This document shows positions 13,007-25,651 of a DNA stretch of 64,000 nt, piece by piece. The notes under the pieces are model-generated. The model worked only from the letters and a program-made list of their open reading frames with translations, searched no databases and was not told where the DNA came from. A program made the translations under genes and the position numbers. The DNA is taken from NCBI GenBank assembly GCA_030141605.1, contig JAQGDQ010000398.1, positions 62,001-126,000 of the forward strand, read 5' to 3'. How positions within the stretch are numbered: position 1 is the stretch's first letter; every line of letters starts with the position of its first letter. This DNA is from Tubiluchus corallicola (Eukaryota > Animalia > Priapulida).

Positions 13007-14084
13007 TTATATGTATTGTGACAAGCAGCGTATAGAATATGTATTTTACGAATATATATACAAATAATGTAATGTGTTTAACCTCACGAGGTTTCTTGTA
13101 CGTAATGCACGTACAACGTTACTTAACATCGCTTGACTAACCTGCACCTCTAATTGCATTCTTCTCTGTACACACCCTAATTTTATACCCTCCCTTGTCT
13201 TGCCTAACCCTTTCGCACTATCAATGTTGTGCTTACAAGATTTTCTGTCAGCACGCGTTGAAGCATTTTATTGTAAGCAACTAAATCTAAATCTAAATGA
13301 TGCTTTTATTTATAGAGGCAACTAGAATAGGTGCAACTAGAACACTATGAAGATGGCTTCACTATAATGTTTAATTAACTTTGTTTGTTTTTAGAACACA
13401 TTCGCCCAGTATCTGTTCGTATGGAAGGAAAGATATGAAAAGGAATACGACAACGACTATAACCACAACGCACTGAGCTCTGAAACTGGAAATAGAAAAG
13501 TTGTTCTAAGCTACGACGGAATCCAGAAGGAAAATGGTTACGACGGCGGCTATAACCCCACCTCGGAACATTATCAAATAAAAAAGGGGACTAACAGCAA
13601 GGCCTATGGCGGTAAAGCAAGAGAACCAGGCTACGGCTACGATCACCACCAATTTTCAGGAAATGTTCATGGTGAGAAAGAAAACAGAAACGTTGGCAGG
13701 AAACTTATTAGTTATAATGGAAACAGAGACAGAAATGATTACGACTACGGCTACAGCTACGACCGAACCGTACTGAATACTCCAGCTCAAAAAGCCAGAT
13801 ATGACGGTAACTCAGGAGCAAATAATAACGACCATGGCAGCAAACGAAGCCTAATGGAAAATTACGACGACAGATTCGAGTCTTTTGGAAATATTAGATT
13901 TCAAGGTTTTGGAGTAGATGGTTTTGGCGGTACAGGAATCGGGGGAGGGTTTGACAATGGGGGTTATCTACCTTACTATACGCGTCAGTTATCTAAGGCA
14001 CGAAATTTTGGAGGCACAGGATTCGTCGGAAACTACGGAGAAACTGGCTTTGAAATAACCAGAAAAACTAATAGATACAAGTAG
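10110..14084 (+). CDS. Secreted Gly/Tyr/Asn/Asp-rich, Cys-free protein, 247 aa; exons 10110-10163 and 13395-14084
   Basis: Exon 1 encodes MEVYRLIILFVFMVTTIT and ends at a strong phase-0 donor (ACG|gtaagt). Exon 2 follows the acceptor tttgtttgtttttag| and stays open for 229 codons (NTFAQYLFVWKERYEKEYDNDY...TRKTNRYK*). The join completes a signal peptide (..TITNTFA|QY). AATAAA lies at 14250. Confidence 0.85.
10765..12020. mobile_element. PIF/Harbinger-like non-autonomous element in the intron of the secreted-protein gene
   Basis: TAA flanks both ends (10762-10764, 12021-12023). TIRs are GGCCCTTTTCACGTGAGG.. and ..CCTCACAGTGAAATGAGTC. The left arm is homologous, in inverted orientation, to 43615-43810. 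Confidence 0.65.
12296..12412. repeat. (CA)n/(TA)n microsatellite
   Basis: Directly visible. Confidence 0.97.
12965..13003. repeat. (TA)n microsatellite
   Basis: Directly visible. Confidence 0.97.
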
Positions 14085-15289
14085 TCTATAACGTCATAAT
14101 TTTGAGGGTTACTTAAAAATCGCTATAATTTTATGTTATTAAATTATAAACGAAACTCATTGTGATTTAATTTATTTTCTTGAGTGTCATGCATAAATTA
14201 ATGTTTACTGTACGTGATGTAGCAAAAGAAGTGAATTTGTATTAAGAAAAATAAATATGCCTGCTATGCAGGCCATATTGAACTGAACTTTCAACGTTTT
14301 CCATTGAAGCTTTTATTGAAAAATCTGTATCTTTTAATATAAAAATACGCACGCAAATAATAATAATAATCACAATAATAATAGCAATAATAATAATAAT
14401 AATAATAATAACTAGCAAAGGCCCCGCAAAAAATTTTGCTTATAAATTTACACGTATAATCAAAAATACGCGAACATCCTACCTACTGTTTGTTTACTTA
14501 CCCTAACGCAAAGCCTGCAGCAGCTTTTACTGAATTAAAGTTATAGACAGAGTATAATGGATGACGTAAGAACAATGGCTTGCGTCAGCAGTTTTTTAAG
14601 CGAAAATTGCTGAAAATAGAACATCTAATTAACTCCTCGCTACTCCTCTCAGTGGACGTGTCATATCCGTATATCTAGTATAGCCCACACCATCGTCTAG
14701 CCCTACTCTTCCTCTTTCTAAAGAGCTGTATATCTCCTTCCAAGAGTCCCACCAGGCGCCGCTAGTACGTTTTTTCCGCATGCTGTTTGATCAAAATTTC
14801 GAAAAAAATCACCGATAATATTTGTTATTTTAGTGTTTCATGGGAGTGGTAAAGTACGTTATAATTGCTATGGAATGTATAAAAGTTAAATAACTGTTAT
14901 ACTATATGAAAATATAATGGTAAATAACAAAATTTCATATTAAATATATTTTGTTTTTAATAAAGCTGGTGAGCATTTTTGGATTGATTTAACCGACATA
15001 CACGAGGAGGGTGACTGGAGGTGGTTTGCAACAGGTCGACCTGCCCTTTTTACTTCTTGGGACGTAGCAGATGGCAAAGCGGATAATTACGGCGAAGGCG
15101 AAAGTTGCGCCATCCTGCGGGAAAATGGGAACACGTGGAATGACTTCTCGTTTTATACAGCAAAATTTGCGTATATTTGTGAACACTAATAAACGAAACT
15201 TAGTGTGGATTTTATTGGTATTTGAGGAAAATTTATACGCATTAGTACATGTTCCTATGTAGCAAGTTTGCAATTCTTGTATATCACGA

Positions 15290-15352
15290 GTAAGTAAGTA
15301 AGTAAGTAAGTAAGTAAGCAAGCAAGTAAGCAAGTAAGCAAGTAAGTAAGTA
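15290..15352. repeat. (AAGT/AAGC)n tetranucleotide repeat next to the CPB copy 1 poly(A) signal
   Basis: Directly visible. A minus-strand AATAAA (tttatt) lies at ~15354-15359. Confidence 0.95.
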
Positions 15353-15615
15353 TTTTATTTTTAAATCACCTCATTAACTGTTCTTTTGAACACATCAACT
15401 GTTCTTTTGTAATAACCTTTCCCAAATCATGCTTTTGTCTAATTTTGTCTAATTAAGCAGTCATCTTTGTCTGAGGTGTGCAAAGGTTTATATAACACCA
15501 CAAATTCAATTTTGAATTCACACATGCAACCAGAACAAAAATCTAAAGCAATATATTTCAGGAATTATCAAATGAATTTTGTCTCAATATTTCAAGCTGA
15601 AGCCTGACCATGTTA

Positions 15616-18600
15616 CTACCAGTTGATCATGTCTGTAGCAAAGCTTTTGATGGCTTCATACATTTCTATTCCTGACGGTTCAATCAACTCCTCGGGAAGA
15701 ATGAATCCATAGCGCCATTTATCTCTCAGCTCAATAGTGTAAGAAAACTTGGCACCACCTTCACCATATGCCCAGTCGTCTGAACCTCCTGCTGCAGGGT
15801 CTAAAAAAGATTCGGCGATGTTTAGAAACAAATGTGCAAATAATCATCTGCATGTTCATAGTAAGTGTGTATGTATAAGTGTGTTTGTGCAACTTATCTG
15901 ATCTAAACTTATCTGAACTTGGTTGATCTGATATTTACAGATTGACCAATGCGCTTGACAATGTAGAGAGGTTATCATTGTGCTCTTATGCCTCTCATGC
16001 CCACGACAACCACCTGAAAACTGTATCTTTTACGTTGTGGCAGGGCAATTTCGAAAGATTAAATTATTTAAAAATCACACTGCAGGGTTTAGCTAGATGA
16101 ACATTAAAGCAACAAGAAGATAAATTTAAAAAATAAAACAGATAACTCATTATGTTAATAATTTATATACAAGAAATCGTATGATGAAAAATCCTAGATG
16201 CATACCATATTTTCAAAAGCGAAGCAAGTAAGGACATTTTTATAACTTATATCACTAACTTTGTTTTGCAAATGAAAAATCTACGTGTTTTCTTTTTCGA
16301 GTGCTGGAAACAGTTTGCCGATATACTGATTTATATTCTCAAGCCTTTAAAATACTTCTATGTTTAAGGCAATACATGTCGCCCAATAAAACTTGGGATC
16401 TACCTGTGGTTATTTTGGTGGATTTCGATACAACGTAATATATGTAATTATCTGGTACAAACATTGTTTTTCCATGAGTATGGAAGAAGCCAAGTCCAGA
16501 GTAAAAGCAGAAACAAACACCATAAGTGCCAGAATATCTGACGCGCCAAGAAAAACCAATAATTACACCGTTGACCACAATGGGTCTGATTATTTGCAAT
16601 AATTCTGCAGTCTGCGTGTTTCGGATGAAAATAAATGTACGTAATACATTACAAACCATGGTTATAAATGATCTAAACTCATTTTAGGCAAATAAACAAT
16701 TGAATACGGTGTAATTTGTATCAACTTACACAAATCAGCCCCGGAATCTCCAACAAAGAAGTCAGTTCCATAGGGTACTTTCAATGCTGCCACGGCTCTG
16801 TCAGCTACATCATGCTGAAAAAGTGATTAATAGCAGCGTTTTACTATAACTTTGGATCTAAAATTCAACAACTTCATTTTTGGCAATAAGATATGGCAAT
16901 ACAACAGATGTGTCAGTCTAGCAAGTTCGGTAGTTAATTTTATGGTTTCACTTCTGGCTTGTTGAATAAACACATAGGATTATTGTGCAAGATTTTATTT
17001 CTTATGAATGGCTCAAGGTTTGTATTAAATTTTACAAAGACGTCAGCTCTTTTGTCACCAGGCTGTACACATATGCTGACAATTACGCGTATTTATTTAT
17101 TGATTAGCAACCATATGTAAGCCTTCAAATCGTTAATTGTTTTCAATTCATAGCTGAGTAATGAGTACCGCAATTGGTGACAAAATAGTGTTATTAGATA
17201 ACTACGATATTTAGTAATCTGGACTGTGTACATATTATCATTCATTTATAGACTGTGCCAAACACGGCTAAGCATTGCATTTACATCGTGCATTCACATT
17301 TACATCGCACTCACTGAATTACACTGAATGCTGATCTGAGCTGGGCGTGTTTTATGAATGTTAGGTATAGTCTAGGAACTTTGCAAATTTCCAAAATCGC
17401 ACGCAATATGAAGAGTATTTTGCGTTTACTATTAAGGAATACTTACAAGGTCTCGCCAGTCGGGAACAGATGGAGTTGCATAGCCCCATGGGTACAACCA
17501 ATACTGGCCATAGCTGTGGAATGTTAAATAGCTAATCATGTTGTTTCCATTGGCAAGAATGTAGTCACTTGCAGACTTGGTTTCTGGCTCGGAGAATGGT
17601 TCGTGACCTCTGTAAGTGTCACTGCATGTGTTGCCACTTGACCCAGTGCCTATTAAAATCAATTTCAAGAAAGTTAGACTAATACCTGTTTATCAATGTC
17701 TATTTTATATGTGCTTAGTTTGTCTTCACTGATTTTTAGTTTATTGCCAATAGCGACTTTAACTATGCAACTCAATATTGATCTGAGTACTTAGATGTGA
17801 TTTGTGGCATTCCACAGTGATCAGTTTTAAGGCCAAAATTATTCATTCTCTACGTTAATGATACGCAATGTATCAAAATTGTTAAAGTTTATATTATTTG
17901 CTGATGACACTACAATATATTCTTCTGGTAAAAATCTAAAACAGTTGTGTACTAACGTAAGTTCTGAACTGGACAAATTCAGCGATTGGTTCGCAATAAA
18001 CAAACTGTCGTTAAATTTAAGCAAAACAAAATTTATGATATTTAGCAACAGGAAATGTAATGAAAGGGATGTTTGTATTAATATTGATGGAATCAGTATT
18101 GAAAGAGTATATAAAAATTGTATAGGACATAGAACAGAAAGAGTATATAGAACATATAAAAATTGTTAAATCGAAATTGTCTAAAAGCATAACAATACTT
18201 TATAGAGTTAAACAGTTTTATGTAAGAATCATTGTATACTCTTTATTCTTCATTAATTATGCGATAATTGTATTATTGTTCTGAAATATGGGGTAATACG
18301 CACATAATTACAAATGTAAAATCAGTATACACATTACAAATGAAAGCTATAAGAATTGTTAGTAAAGTTGGTTATTAGGACCATATTAATCCTTTGTTTT
18401 GTAAACTGAAAGATCTAAAGCTAAAAGATTTTATAAACCTCAAAACTGCATTGGTAATCTACAAAGCTGAAAAGATGAGTCAACAGAAAATGTGCAAAAA
18501 TTGTTTACAAAAGTGAATCATGCGAACGTTGTAACACGCCAGAACGATTACTTCAACATACCCCTAGTAAGAACAAGAAAAAAAATCGATGTGTGTATCA

Positions 18601-21600
18601 GTTTTGGCGCTAAGCTATGGAATGAACTAGATGAAGAAATCAAACAAAGTAAAACTATTAGTATGTTTAAAAAGGTTTAGATTGGCAGCAGCTAAAAGTT
18701 ATGAGCGTACTAGTGAACAATTTTGAAAAGTACTGTGATAACTTTTAGTATAATATGTAATTTTAGATGTAGTTTTATTATATGATTTAATTTGTGATTT
18801 TAGATTTGTAATTTGTGATAGGCTTACATGTGAGCTGGTTGGACATAAACAATTAATATTGCTGAGATATAAACAAATAGCCTAATGTTAAAAGTTCTAC
18901 AATGCGCTAGACCTATTATATTACAGAAAAACTGTCATAGTGAGAAACCTGAAAAAATGCCGAGAAACCAACAGAGTTTTCGACAGATGTCCATTACCGA
19001 TCTGTCACACTGTAATTTTCTGGAAATTAATTTACCCTTTTAGCAAGAAATGACCTTGGAAAGTTCTATTATGTAAAACGGAAAGTATTGACCAAGCAGT
19101 TACAGCACATTTGCATTATGATGAAGTATATTTGTGCGATGTTGGGCAGGAATATTTTAAACTTTGGGGCAGCAGTACTGAGATACCTAACGAGGCAAAA
19201 ATGCAGGTTTCGGTTGTGTAATTTTATAAAGTCGCAAGATCTATGGAAAAATAGTTAAGTATTATACCAAAACATATGATTCTGGTGACATCAAAAATAT
19301 GAAATCTGATATCTTACAGGTATTTGAAAAATTCCATACGTCAATATATATGGTAAAAGATACACGCTCGAAGAAGAATGCTTTAATTACCTCCCCACAT
19401 GTATGACCAGTTTCTGTTCCCATCTACACCTGTGCATCCTCCACTTGGAGGGTGTGATCGAGTTTTGCGCCACATGCGGTCCTAGAATGTAAGAAGTAAT
19501 AGATACTACTAACATTTTGGTAGATTGTTGGTCACTAGTAATGTTATTAATCTAGTCCTACTAACCTAACAGTCCAAACAGTTCATTTTTATGCACTCTG
19601 TTTTATTTGTAATTGTACAGCAGTTCTTCCTTCGTTTGATAGTTGGGTACATTCTGTGAAACTGCTAACCATTCAGCAGTACTCAATCAACGTCACCTTC
19701 GCCGCTGCCATCACTGACATTTTCGTTTTCATTAAAATCGTCATGCAAAGGTTACAATACCAATTAACAGCGTCAACATTCACTAAGCCTATATCTGTAC
19801 TCACGTTAGTTCTGCTGTACTCGTAGCCATCCGGGTTGAGAAGTGGAATAAAATGCCAGACCAAATTTTGTCTAATAGATCGAGTAGTTGCGTCTGTTCC
19901 ACGCAGCAACTGAAATACACAATCATTTTGAACAACTGGTAAATATGAGAATTGATGAAATGAACTCATAATTTGAGTTTTTGAAGCCAAAATTGACAGA
20001 AGAAAAGAAAATGAAAGTCAGAGCAGCGTGGCTAAATTTGAGTTAAGGACCTTTGAGTTACAAGTACAAATCGTTGGCCACTTGGCCACACATCTCCTTA
20101 TGCTCAAAGTGGGCCTTCATTCATCGTATAATAGCTCACCATTATGCTGTGGAGTTGGCTTTTATAAATGTTGTCACATAGTGACTCTGCTTGTCAAAAG
20201 TAATCTCTTCTCGTTAGAAATCAAGCAGACTTTTTCGCCAAAAATCTTCGAAAAGCGCCCTCTGGATTCAATTTAATAAAGAAGTGCCACTAGATCTTCT
20301 GTGTTATTATACGAGCTCCCGTGATTGGATCACGTTTAGCAAGCACGCTTGTTAAATAACGAAAAGCAACCACAATTATGGCGTTGACCATAATAATCAA
20401 CCCAGGAGGTGCTTCAAGTTAATCCTTTCTAGTGCCGAATTTACTATCTGCTTAATAATTGATGTTTTCAGTTATATCTTGACTTATATTTTGGTTTAAT
20501 TACCGAAACATTAGCTAATGAGCCATATAAGTTGATCAATAATAATTTGTGAGCGTCTATCGGCCATGAATGAAAGTTAAAGTCTATGGGCTAACTTTTT
20601 ACAACAATGCCAAAACTTTCAAGTCTTATTTTGCACAAACTCGCTCGGTCACTAACTGATTTAATTCGTACTGGTCAGTAATTTAATGTCTCAATTAATC
20701 AGTTAGCCATTAGTTAATTATAATCTTATTGTAAAATTATTGTTGTAATCGAATGAACACACAATAATTTTTTGAAACCAAACTGGTCAGATTGGATGTA
20801 AAAATGAGAAAGTCAAGCCTGAACTTGAATTTAAATTGGATCATTTGGATTATGTCTAATGCCCATTAGGCCAGACAACTATTCACTCATTATTCCAGCG
20901 TGAATAAACAAACACTAGAATTATAGCGTTAGAGTTGAAATTACTGGTTCAAAATTTTTTGTGCTTTTGGTGTTTCGTTTTCAGAAATAATATATGTGAC
21001 CCAATATCAATATTAATGCTAGTCGCAAATAAGATTATAAAAATCGAATTAACTGACTATAGGAATAATCATGTCTCGAATTATATAGATATTAATTATA
21101 AAAATTAATGAAACAGAAGGAACCATCAGAATTCATAGATTGGGTGTTACAAAGATTGAGTGGTTTAGTGGTCATTGCACTGAAGTTGCAATCCAAAGCA
21201 TCATGGTTTGAGTACAGCATAATTTCTGACTATTTTCAATTGTCTCGTTTTTGACAAGATTGATTTACTAAATTTATTTAGACCCGGCCTCCCCACTTTT
21301 CCGTTTTCCCATTTTCGCTGTGTTCAAAAATCACTGGAATTCGTACCTTATCCATAAGGTGCAAAACCACAGCTGGCGATATCCATTCTCTAGCGTGTAT
21401 CCCACCATCTATCCAGATAGAGCGCTTACCAGCGGTTCCTCCTTCAGCAACCTGCAGCAGTTAAGAAGTCATCAGTGCCAAAAAACTTAATGTGCATTAC
21501 TAAGCTTTTTGACTTTTATCACTGTCCTTGTTTTGACTCACTCGTATATGAAAACAACACACCGTTTACTTCCTTGCCGACACGTTATCAGACTTTCACA

Positions 21601-24600
21601 TCACCTAAAAGATGAAGTCCTTTAAAACTAGTGATATTGGACATGATATTCACTAGAATTTAAGAGAATTCCGCCAACGAGAGTAACAATTATTTCATCT
21701 AATTAACATCCCTGCTTCATTGTTCTTTCCTTTGTCATTATTGCTCTTCGTCGTCGTGAAATAAGATTTGATATACACAACCATCCATGGGACCCGATTT
21801 GAATGTAAATGTCTGACACAAACTAGAAGTATCTAGGTTTGTTGTTGATGTCGTAGTAATACTAGTAGTGTTAGTGCTAGTGGTTGTGGCAGTGGTAGTG
21901 GTAGTGGTAGTGGCAGTGGTAGTGGTAGTGGTAGTGTTAGTGGCAGTGGCTGTGGCAGTGGCAGTGGTAGTGGTAGTGGTAGTGGCAGTGGCAGTGGCAG
22001 TGGTAGTGGTAGTGGTAGTGATAGTGATAGTGATAGTGGTAGTGGCTGTGACAGTGGCAGTGGCAGTGGTAGTGGTAGTGGTAGTAGTGTTAGTAGCGCC
22101 AGCGGCCAGCAGCAGTGGAAGTAGTAGCAGTAGAAAATCATTGCTGCTGTTGTTTGTCGTTATTGTTGTCGGGGGCAACGGTGGGAGTGGTGGTGGTGGT
22201 GGTGGTGAAAGGTGGTGGTGGTGGTGGTGAAAGGTGGTGGTGGAATTGATGGTAGTGGCGGCAGCAGTGTTTGTGGTGGTGGTGTTGGTGTTGGTGATGG
22301 TGAAGGTGGTGGTGGTGATGGCGGCAGTGGCAGCAGTGGTCGTGGTGGTGGTGTTGATTGTAAGGGATTACTTTCTATACTTTGTTTCAGGAGAAAAAGT
22401 TATTCATTCAAAAAATTAATGCCATATTGGGAAGTTTGCTTGACCAATAAGAAGTACACATTGGCAATGCCATCACATCATACTCTACTAGCTGTTAATG
22501 TAAATGATGCATTTATGTCGTCAATGACAAAACACAAGTTCGACACAGTCGCCAAATTAAATTGTAAGATCTTTTTCCTAAAATTTAAAATAATGTGTGA
22601 TTGCAGTATCACCCCTACCGTTAAAACATGCAAGTCCCTTCCTTCATAGCTCGTGCCAATCCTTTTCAGTTCAGTCATTGAATTAAATTCACTAGCCAGT
22701 TGATGAACATAACTGTTTATCTGGAAAAAAAACATGAAAACAAAATAAATGTTACCCACACTGAAGCGCTTAGCGTTGTGCATATGTATATACTAGTGCT
22801 TTTGTCAGAATTACAAACATAGGACTGCAGGTGCATGTGATGCATGATCTGGAATCCATAATGCGTACTGAGTATTGACTGAGTTTTCATGCATCCGTGA
22901 ATGCTATGTGAATTGGCGTTTTTTTCTCGTTTCTGGTTGATGTTCATAAAATTTTGAAGTTCTTGGAAGTCATGGCCTTCAAATTTCAGTGCAACAGTGA
23001 TCAAGAAATAATCACAGCGGTGGCATTATCATTGTACTAAGGTGCATAACATTTTGGGGAGGAGAGATGCACATGTCATATCACCACTTGGTAAACGAAC
23101 TGCAACTAAATGCAAAATAACTTCCTCCACCTTCTTTCCTTTCTCAAAAGCTCAGATAGAAGATATATCATTAGTCCTTAAGTGACCGAAGCTCACCTGC
23201 CCAGGAAGCCACTCTGCAAAAACGGTCGCCTGAAACTTCAAAACTCATTAGATCACCTAGTCAATGACGGCTTCCCATTTGCATATTACTGTATTCGGAC
23301 GATAGTATTACTGATTGCGTACTACGTACACATGTAGTAGATTGTTGAATACACATAATGGACGACGCATCTTCCTCTAAGGCCAACACGTTCTGCTTGT
23401 GGGCCACTTCTCTTCGCTAAACTTTCCTCCAGGAATAAGTGCTAGTCAACACAGACTTTAAATTCCATAGTTTTACACCATTCATTTGATTAGGGCACGT
23501 CTTACTGTCAAGTATGATTATTGTTTTTATATCCTGCAGCAAACAACTTGACGTATTCACAGTTTTTAACTCATCCTGACAAAGTATGACTTTGGTACTG
23601 AACAGTTGCAAGGACATTTTCTACTATGTACCAGTTATAATTAGGCAATTTTTAAACAAGATACTTACTTCATCGTAAGTGTTATAACGATTAATATCGA
23701 AGGCTTTGGGAAGGCCAGCCTGCTCTTTCTTGATTTGCCTAACAAGAAAAAACATATCAAACTTAATAGCATTTATTTCGGAATGTGTCAGACAAATCAA
23801 GAATAATACATTCGTAATTGGAATGTGAATTTCAAGTTGTTTCTAGAAAAAAATCCACAGAGATCTTACGCTCCAACGTCTTCCAGATATATGAGTGGCG
23901 TCATTTTTATTGTTCTCAAGTAGTGCAGGATGACAAGCCTTTCTTTTGGACTGACCATAATATCAACAGGGACGCCCACTTTGGTAGGCTCTTTCCAAAA
24001 ATCTACCTGCAGCAGAAACACACTTTAATACTATCATACAGTTAAAGGCAATTTTCAATAATTATTGAGGCGTAAGTGATTAGTGCCTTCAAACAAATTT
24101 TGTATTTAGCAATTCAGAGCCATTAAAGATTGCATCCACCCGTGGGAAAAGTGGCATCACAACTTGAGCTTTGATTTTCATATCGATGTCCATGTCGAGT
24201 GAAGACAATGTTAAAGAGAACGTCAAAGAGAATGCAACATCCCCAGAACATCAAGTGCTATTAAGTTGCTATATGACCGGAGTTATTTTTGTCTCAGTAG
24301 CCTTTAATGTATACTTTCCATTTTTATAGTCATTTTGACAAGCAAAGCAAAATCTTTGAAAATGGGTACGGATTAACTAAACCCTTTGGCAATTATTTCA
24401 GTTAAATTAAACAAAAATCTGAAAGGTTTTTTGTAGGATTGGCAGAACTATAGTGTATAGTGACTTTGAAGACACACTATTTATTAAAACAACGCCCTTA
24501 CGTGAACTATTTTTCGTGAACAGATTGGTCGCAGTCTGCGCTTGGCAAAGAAGTTAAGCAGCACGAGGCTTAGTTAGCGAAAGAAAGGGTGGCAATGATA

Positions 24601-25524
24601 TTATTGTTTACTTATAAAGCGCAGGTTAAGTTATAATGTGCACATGTGATGCGTCCCTGCATTCAATATTTGTATATGCTGTATGCTTATGGTTATAACT
24701 ACGTAAGTTCATGACCATGACTGGCTGATGCTATTTTTAGTGAGACAGTTTTAACAATGGTGCGTTTTTCACTTTTAACGCTCAATTCAGGCACCATGCT
24801 TAGTCATAATTATTATTACATCATAAAGGCGTTTCAAATGTGGTGATGATCCTGTAAACAATTAAAATCCAGAGCAGGCAGTAGAACGCAGTATTTGCTA
24901 AAAAGCTTCCGTTACATATTGTACCTGGAAGGCATTCTCCAGTTTTCGAAGAGCGTCTAATTTTTCAAGAGTTCCTGGGATTACACGAATAACTTGGTAC
25001 CTGTAAAAATGACGAAAAAACTTTAAAATTGTAATCTTAAGTTTCTTTGTGAAGAGAACACAAAGCTTCTAGTTGTCGCAGAATTCTTCACAATTTATAA
25101 AACATATGTTACCGGCCAAAGTTCAACTGAGTTGCAACTTCTCTGACATTGACTTTCTGTAATTTTAAGGTGAATAATTTTGCATGGTTTATTCCATTAT
25201 TTCTGAAAACGTTATTAAATGCTTTGATAATATTGGAACAAGTACGCTAGAGAGTGAGAATTATGTACTAATGGCTAACCAACATTTTCTAATAAATTTC
25301 AATTATTTATTAAGTTAACACGTTATTTATTATCAGTAAAAAGCTAGCTTGCTTTGCTGGGCCAGAGTTGCATGGTCAGTGAGGTGTTAAGGCTACATCG
25401 AAATTATATGTACATGTTTATTTATAGTATTGTTAAGTTATATAGTTGCTTTTACTTACCCACTATAGTCCACGTAAGCCAACGCTAGGCCTGCGCACAG
25501 CAGTAATGCTAACACGATCTTCAT
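15616..25524 (-). CDS. Carboxypeptidase B-like preproenzyme (M14A), copy 1; 11 exons, 407 aa
   Basis: Exons 25524-25460, 25000-24925, 24006-23870, 23738-23669, 22720-22619, 21451-21347, 19909-19805, 19481-19391, 17649-17447, 16814-16730, 15800-15616. All are GT-AG with compatible phases (1224 nt). Signal [16 protein letters not shown]; prodomain VDFWKEP..PVDIMV; catalytic motifs [35 protein letters not shown] (Asp255 equivalent, basic specificity) and IELR. Confidence 0.95.
17690..18800 (+). mobile_element. 5'-truncated, decayed L2/CR1-type LINE in intron 8 of CPB copy 1
   Basis: [53 protein letters not shown] and GAKLWNEL, with frameshifts. Not seen in the homologous intron of copy 2. Boundaries are approximate. 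Confidence 0.85.
21160..21222 (+). mobile_element. tRNA-derived SINE head relic (paralogous copy at ~38712-38772)
   Basis: A-box-like TGGTTTAGTGG and B-box-like GGTTTGAGTAC at tRNA spacing, without an intact cloverleaf. Confidence 0.4.
21835..22360. repeat. (GTAGTG/GCAGTG)n and (GGT)n low-complexity tract in intron 5 of CPB copy 1
   Basis: Directly visible. It explains the poly-T/V/LP ORFs in the track. Confidence 0.95.
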
Positions 25525-25582
25525 GATGGAACTGGGAGTTTACTTCGCAACCAGTGAGAGAAAGCAACTAACTCCAAGACGG

Positions 25583-25651
25583 CTATCAAGCAAATCTTTT
25601 ATACCAACTGCTATTATCTGGTACACTGATGAACAGCTGTGTAATTTCTCA
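25583..25651 (-). promoter_or_regulatory. CPB copy 1 core promoter: TATA box, GATA sites, E-box/TC-box pair
   Basis: Minus-strand TATAAAAG (25603-25596) lies ~70 nt upstream of the ATG, with AGATAA at 25619-25614. The plus strand reads CAGCTG-tgtaa-TTTCTCA at 25634-25651. Confidence 0.65.

Noticed and set aside
14412-15290. Helitron/DINE-like insertion between the convergent 3' ends
   Set aside because: Only a (TAA)n-ACTAG start and flanking microsatellites suggest it; no second copy or clear termini are visible in the window.
21160-21222. Functional tRNA-Cys gene
   Set aside because: It has A/B-box-like motifs and a GCA triplet, but the stems do not pair; treated as a SINE-like relic.
21738-22649. 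Mucin-like, poly-Val, poly-LP and Gly-rich ORFs
   Set aside because: They are translations of an intronic microsatellite in CPB copy 1, and the paralog has a different repeat at this position.
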